Source: an uncultured Candidatus Rokubacteria bacterium
GTDB taxonomy: Bacteria; Methylomirabilota; Methylomirabilia; Rokubacteriales; CSP1-6
NCBI GenBank assembly: GCA_963771355.1
Contig: CAVYTA010000004.1
Coordinates: 128,001 to 192,000 of the forward strand
Length of the DNA: 64,000 bases
Direction: 5' to 3'
Part shown: one piece after another, positions 59,875 through 64,000 of the stretch
Numbering within the stretch: the first letter of the stretch is position 1
Layout of the letters: each line of letters begins with the position of its first letter
Program-made: the position numbers and the translations under genes
Notes under the pieces: model-generated
What the model was told of the DNA's origin: nothing
The model's database searches: none
The model's input: only the letters and a program-made list of their open reading frames with translations

Positions 59875-60321
59875 CTACGCTGCGCGTCGCCGCTCGCCCA
59901 CTCCCGCCGCGCGCCGTCGGTCCCCACGTCGCCCGGCCACCAGGGCGGCGGCCACGATCACCATCCCGATGAAGGACACGCTGAACGCGATCGGACCCAT
60001 GTGGGTCGTCAGCTGCAGGTGGCTGTAGGCGTGCCAGGTCTCCCCCGCCGTCTGGATGAGGGACCCCACGAAGGCGACCGGGATGGCGAGCCCGGTCTCG
60101 GAGCGCCTCAGGTGATCGACGAGCCCCCACGTGCTCGAGACGAGCATGCCCGCCACGCCGAAGTAGAGGGGGAGGTGCACCGTGCTCAGGTGCTTGACCA
60201 TCTCGTCCATCGTGGTGGCGTCGAAGCCGGGATTCAGGAACCCGTGCCAGGCGAAGTCATAGGCGAGGCCGACGCACTCCACGCCGAGCCAGATCCACAT
60301 CCACGTTCGAGGATTCCACAT
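59875..60321 (-). CDS. 4-TM His-rich hypothetical membrane protein
   Basis: GAGGAGG RBS; YDFAWH...[10 protein letters not shown] and GETWHAYSH. Confidence 0.75.
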   Translation of the reverse strand: MWNPRTWMWIWLGVECVGLAYDFAWHGFLNPGFDATTMDEMVKHLSTVHLPLYFGVAGMLVSSTWGLVDHLRRSETGLAIPVAFVGSLIQTAGETWHAYSHLQLTTHMGPIAFSVSFIGMVIVAAALVAGRRGDRRRAAGVGERRRAA

Positions 60322-60474
60322 GCGCCAGCCCTCCTCTCCGATGGCGATATATTCAGCGTACACTCCGCCCGTGCCGAGCCGCTTTTTACCGGGCCAGTCC
60401 CGACTACCCGGGAGTATCGACCACGCGGCGCCCGCGGCGCGCCGCCAACCGGCTGCCCTCGGGCACGACGCGCG

Positions 60475-60490
60475 TGGCACCTTCGTTGCA
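60475..60490 (+). promoter_or_regulatory. sigma54 promoter
   Basis: TGGCACCTTCGTTGCA, a full consensus match. Confidence 0.75.
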
Positions 60491-60516
60491 GGTCCTCGGC
60501 GTGAAGGACATTCCCG

Positions 60517-61125
60517 ATGGCACGACGACCGTTCACGGAACCCATGGGGGCGGAAGAAGCGACGGGCGGCCGCGCGGCCGCCGCCGACGAGGCCACGATC
60601 TCGTCCGACAGCTCGCGGGCGTTCGTCAACGGGACGCCTTGCACGCTTCCCGCCGATCCACGGGTGAGCCTGCTCGACTTCCTGCGAGAGCATCTCGGCC
60701 TCACGGGGACAAAGGTCGGCTGCGATCACGGGCAGTGCGGGGCCTGCACCGTGCTCGTCAACGGCCGGCGCATCAACGCCTGCTTGAGCCTCGCGGTGAC
60801 GCACGCTGGGGATCACGTGACCACGGTGGAGGGCCTGGCGGGCCCCGACGGCACGCTGCACCCCGTGCAGGCCGCCTTCCTCGAGCACGACGCGTTCCAG
60901 TGCGGCTACTGCACGCCGGGTCAGCTCTGCGCCGCCGTCGCCCTGCTGGACGAGGTCGCGGCGGGCGAGCCGAGCGCGGCCACGCCCGAGCCCGCCCGGA
61001 TGGGCGCGATCGAGCTCACCGAGGAGGAGATTCGCGAGCGCATGAGCGGCAATCTCTGCCGCTGCGGCGCATATCCGAACATCGTGGCCGCCGTGCGGGC
61101 GGCCGCCCGGAATTCCTCGCGATGA
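60517..61125 (+). CDS. paoA: 2Fe-2S subunit of aldehyde oxidoreductase/XDH family
   Basis: [31 protein letters not shown]. Confidence 0.92.
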   Translation: MARRPFTEPMGAEEATGGRAAAADEATISSDSSRAFVNGTPCTLPADPRVSLLDFLREHLGLTGTKVGCDHGQCGACTVLVNGRRINACLSLAVTHAGDHVTTVEGLAGPDGTLHPVQAAFLEHDAFQCGYCTPGQLCAAVALLDEVAAGEPSAATPEPARMGAIELTEEEIRERMSGNLCRCGAYPNIVAAVRAAARNSSR

Positions 61126-62114
61126 AGCCCTTCGCCTACACGCGCGCCGCCGACGTGCGCGCGGCCGTCACCGCCGCCGGTCGCGGCTCCGACGTACGCT
61201 TCCTCGCGGGGGGCACCAACCTCGTCGATCTCATGAAGCAAGGCGTGGAGGAGCCCGGCCATCTCGTGGACGTCACCCGGCTGCCCCTCGCCGAGATCGA
61301 GGAGGGGGACGGCGGCGGCGTCCGCGTGGGCGCGCTCGCTCGGAACACCGACGTGGCCCGCCACCCGCTCATTCGCCAGCGTTACCCGGTGCTGACGGAG
61401 GCTCTGCTGTCCGGCGCCTCGCCCCAGCTCCGTAACATGGCCACGGTAGGCGGCAATCTCCTGCAGCGCACGCGCTGCCCCTACTTCACCGATCCCGCCT
61501 TCGCCGAGTGCAACAAGCGGCGACCCGGCTCCGGCTGCGCCGCGCGGCGCGGCTACACGCGCATGCACGCCATTCTCGGTGCGAGCGCGGAGTGCATTGC
61601 CACGCATCCCAGCGACATGGCGGTGGCGCTGGCGGTTCTGGACGCGGTGGTGGAGGTGCTCGGCCCCGATGGTGAGCGCGCCATCCCCATCGGCGACTTC
61701 CACCGGCTTCCCGGCCGGACGCCTCACGTGGAGACGGAGCTGCGCGCGGGCGAGCTGATCACCGCGGTGTACCTCCCCGCGAGGTCCTTCGCGGGACGGT
61801 CGCACTACTTGAAGGTGCGCGACCGCAGCTCGTTCGCCTTCGCGCTGGTGTCGGTGGCGGCCGCGCTCGACCTCGACGGCAGCGGGACGATCCGTGCCGC
61901 CCGTCTCGCCCTGGGCGGCGTCGCGCACAAGCCCTGGCGCGTCGTGGACGCCGAGGACGCGCTGGTCGGCCGGCGCGCCGAGGCCGGCGCCTATGGCGCG
62001 GCGGCGGAAGCCCTGTTGCGCGGGGCCGAGCCCTATCGCGACAACGCCTTCAAGGTCGAGCTGGCCCGGCGCAGCGTGCTACGCGCGCTGACGGTCACCG
62101 CGACCCGAGGCTGA
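61122..62114 (+). CDS. paoB: FAD subunit (YagS/PaoB-type, with 4Fe-4S insert)
   Basis: [42 protein letters not shown]. Confidence 0.92.
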   Translation: MKPFAYTRAADVRAAVTAAGRGSDVRFLAGGTNLVDLMKQGVEEPGHLVDVTRLPLAEIEEGDGGGVRVGALARNTDVARHPLIRQRYPVLTEALLSGASPQLRNMATVGGNLLQRTRCPYFTDPAFAECNKRRPGSGCAARRGYTRMHAILGASAECIATHPSDMAVALAVLDAVVEVLGPDGERAIPIGDFHRLPGRTPHVETELRAGELITAVYLPARSFAGRSHYLKVRDRSSFAFALVSVAAALDLDGSGTIRAARLALGGVAHKPWRVVDAEDALVGRRAEAGAYGAAAEALLRGAEPYRDNAFKVELARRSVLRALTVTATRG

Positions 62115-62125
62115 GGAGGCCGTCG

Positions 62126-64000
62126 ATGCCGGACGTGGTGGGCAGCCCCCTCGAGCGAGTGGATGGCCGTGCCAAGGTGACGGGCGCCGCGACCTACACT
62201 GCCGATCACCACTTCCCCGACGTCGCCCATGCGGTCGTGGTGACGAGCGCCATCGCCCATGGACGTGTCGAGTCGGTCGACGCGGGCGCGGCCGAGGCCG
62301 TGCCCGGCGTCCTCGCGGTGCTCACGCACGAGAACGCGCCGCGGCTTCGGGGGCGTCTCGAGCGCGACGCCGACGGCAATCACGCCATCCACGCGCTGCA
62401 GGACGCGGCGGTCCGCTACGCCAATCAGCCCATCGCGGTGGTGGTGGCCGACAGCCTCGAGCAGGCGCGTGAGGGGGCGCGGCGCCTGGCCTTCGGCTAC
62501 GCGGAGACGCCACCGCAACTCGGCCTCGATCCCGCGCGGGGGCGTTCCTTCCGGCCCAAGCACGTCGTCGAGCAGAAGGCGGATACCGCGCGCGGCTCCG
62601 TGAAGACAAGCCTGGAGGGGAGCGCGCTCCGCCTCGAGCGCGTCTACACGACGCCGCTCCAGACCCACAATCCCATGGAGCCGCACGCGACGGTGGCGCA
62701 GTGGGAGGGCCCCCGGCGGCTCATCCTCCACGACTCCACCCAGGGACTCTTCGACTGCCGGGCCCGAGTGGCCCGCATCTTCGGCCTTCGCAAGGAGGGG
62801 GTGCGCGTGGTCTCGCCCTTCCTGGGCGGAGGCTTTGGAAGCAAAGGGCCGGTATGGTCGCACGTGATTCTGGCCGCCCTGGCCGCGAAGCATGTCGGCC
62901 GCCCGGTGAAGCTCGTCCTGGAGCGGCCGCAGATGTTCGGACCGGTGGGATGGCGCTCACGCACGCGGCAGACGGTGGCGCTGGGCGCCGAGCGCGACGG
63001 CACCCTCACCGCCGTCCACCACCACACCCTCGCGGAGACGTCGACGTTCGATGAGTTCATGGAGCCCTGCGGCCTGCCCGCCCGCATGCTCTACGCTTCG
63101 CGCGCGAACGTTACCACGCACCGGCTGGTGCGCTCCACCATCGCGACCCCGTCCTATGCGCGCGCGCCCGGCTGGGCCCCCGGCACCTTCGCGCTCGAAT
63201 GCGCCCTCGACGAGCTGGCCTGGGCGCTCGACATGGATCCCGTCGAGCTGCGCCTGCGCAACTACGCCGCGAAAGATCCGGAGACGGGGCGGCCATGGTC
63301 GAGCAACGCGCTGCGTGAGTGCTACCAGATCGGCGCCGCTCGCTTTGGCTGGCACCGGCGCGCGCCGCAACCGGGTGTGTGGCGCGACGGCACGTCCCGG
63401 GTCGGTTGGGGCATGGCGACGGCCGTCTACCCGACGCATCGGAGCGAGGCGTCCGCGCTTGCGCGGCTTCACGACGACGGCACCCTGGTCGTGGAGACCG
63501 GCAGCCAGGACCTCGGCACCGGCACCTACACCATCCTCACCCAGATCGCGGCGGATGCGCTCGGGGTTCCGCCCGCGCAGGTGCTCGTGCGCATCGGCGA
63601 CACCCTCTACCCGGAGAGCCCGATGTCGGGTGGCTCGCAGACGGCTGCCAGCGCGGGCTCCGCAGTGCAGAAGGTGGTGACGGCGCTCCGGGCCGAGCTC
63701 TTGCGGATGGCGATCGGCGATCCCGAGAGCCCGCTCTCCCGCGTACCCGCCGAGTGCGTGGGCATCGAAGAGGGGCGCCTCTTCGACTCCCGCGTCTCCG
63801 GGCGGGGCGAGCGTCTCGCGAACCTGCTCGCGCGGCAGGGACGAAGCCAGGTGGAGAAGCGAGCGGACTCCGCGCCGGGGTCGGAAGCGGAGCGGTACGC
63901 CATGTACGCCTTCGGCGCCCAGTTCGCCGAGGTCCACGTGGACGCTGATCTCGGTTGCCTCCGCGTCACCCGCATGACAGGAGTGTTCGACATCGGCCGG
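62126..64000 (+). CDS. paoC: Molybdopterin-binding subunit (partial, runs off window)
   Basis: Manual translation RVDGRAKVTG.A.Y, HNPMEPH, GGGFGSKG, QDLGTG, GGSQ; GAGGAGG RBS. Confidence 0.92.
   Translation, partial: MPDVVGSPLERVDGRAKVTGAATYTADHHFPDVAHAVVVTSAIAHGRVESVDAGAAEAVPGVLAVLTHENAPRLRGRLERDADGNHAIHALQDAAVRYANQPIAVVVADSLEQAREGARRLAFGYAETPPQLGLDPARGRSFRPKHVVEQKADTARGSVKTSLEGSALRLERVYTTPLQTHNPMEPHATVAQWEGPRRLILHDSTQGLFDCRARVARIFGLRKEGVRVVSPFLGGGFGSKGPVWSHVILAALAAKHVGRPVKLVLERPQMFGPVGWRSRTRQTVALGAERDGTLTAVHHHTLAETSTFDEFMEPCGLPARMLYASRANVTTHRLVRSTIATPSYARAPGWAPGTFALECALDELAWALDMDPVELRLRNYAAKDPETGRPWSSNALRECYQIGAARFGWHRRAPQPGVWRDGTSRVGWGMATAVYPTHRSEASALARLHDDGTLVVETGSQDLGTGTYTILTQIAADALGVPPAQVLVRIGDTLYPESPMSGGSQTAASAGSAVQKVVTALRAELLRMAIGDPESPLSRVPAECVGIEEGRLFDSRVSGRGERLANLLARQGRSQVEKRADSAPGSEAERYAMYAFGAQFAEVHVDADLGCLRVTRMTGVFDIGR

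Noticed and set aside
60474..61121. N-terminal extensions on track ORFs (60474, 48215, 18588, 6087, 1595, 29866-31554)
   Set aside because: They overlap upstream real genes; true starts are marked by RBS or stop/start overlaps

Overview
Very GC-rich (roughly 70% by eye), gene-dense bacterial DNA. Gene content and style are compatible with a soil Candidatus Rokubacteria/Methylomirabilota-like organism, but this is inference because no marker gene is present. The window holds about 60 mostly metabolic and signalling genes: two histidine-kinase/receiver modules, an orphan TRAP binding protein, a HEAT-repeat plus HD-GYP pair, a peptide/nickel-type ABC operon riddled with single-base indels (probably sequencing error), pimC/pimD-type acyl-CoA dehydrogenases, an RRM RNA-binding protein, ppc, an SPFH plus zinc-ribbon pair, an LLM monooxygenase/FMN reductase/Zn-dehydrogenase/PfkB operon, peroxiredoxin, a stand-alone squalene-hopene cyclase, a MurC-like ligase, chrA, trxA, a D-carbamoylase, thiolase/DUF35/TauD, a sugar-acid dehydratase cluster and a PaoABC-type molybdoenzyme running off the right edge. 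I saw no rRNA, tRNA, CRISPR array, transposase or phage genes. The main signals missing from the ORF track are a 20-aa Lys-rich microprotein with its own promoter, RBS and hairpin, a 55-aa membrane microprotein, five sigma54 (-24/-12) promoters, many apparently leaderless genes, a domain shared by the HEAT and HD-GYP partners, and a PmoC-like D-x-x-W-H motif in a small membrane protein. No single unambiguous new system is proven; the best candidates are ranked in findings.
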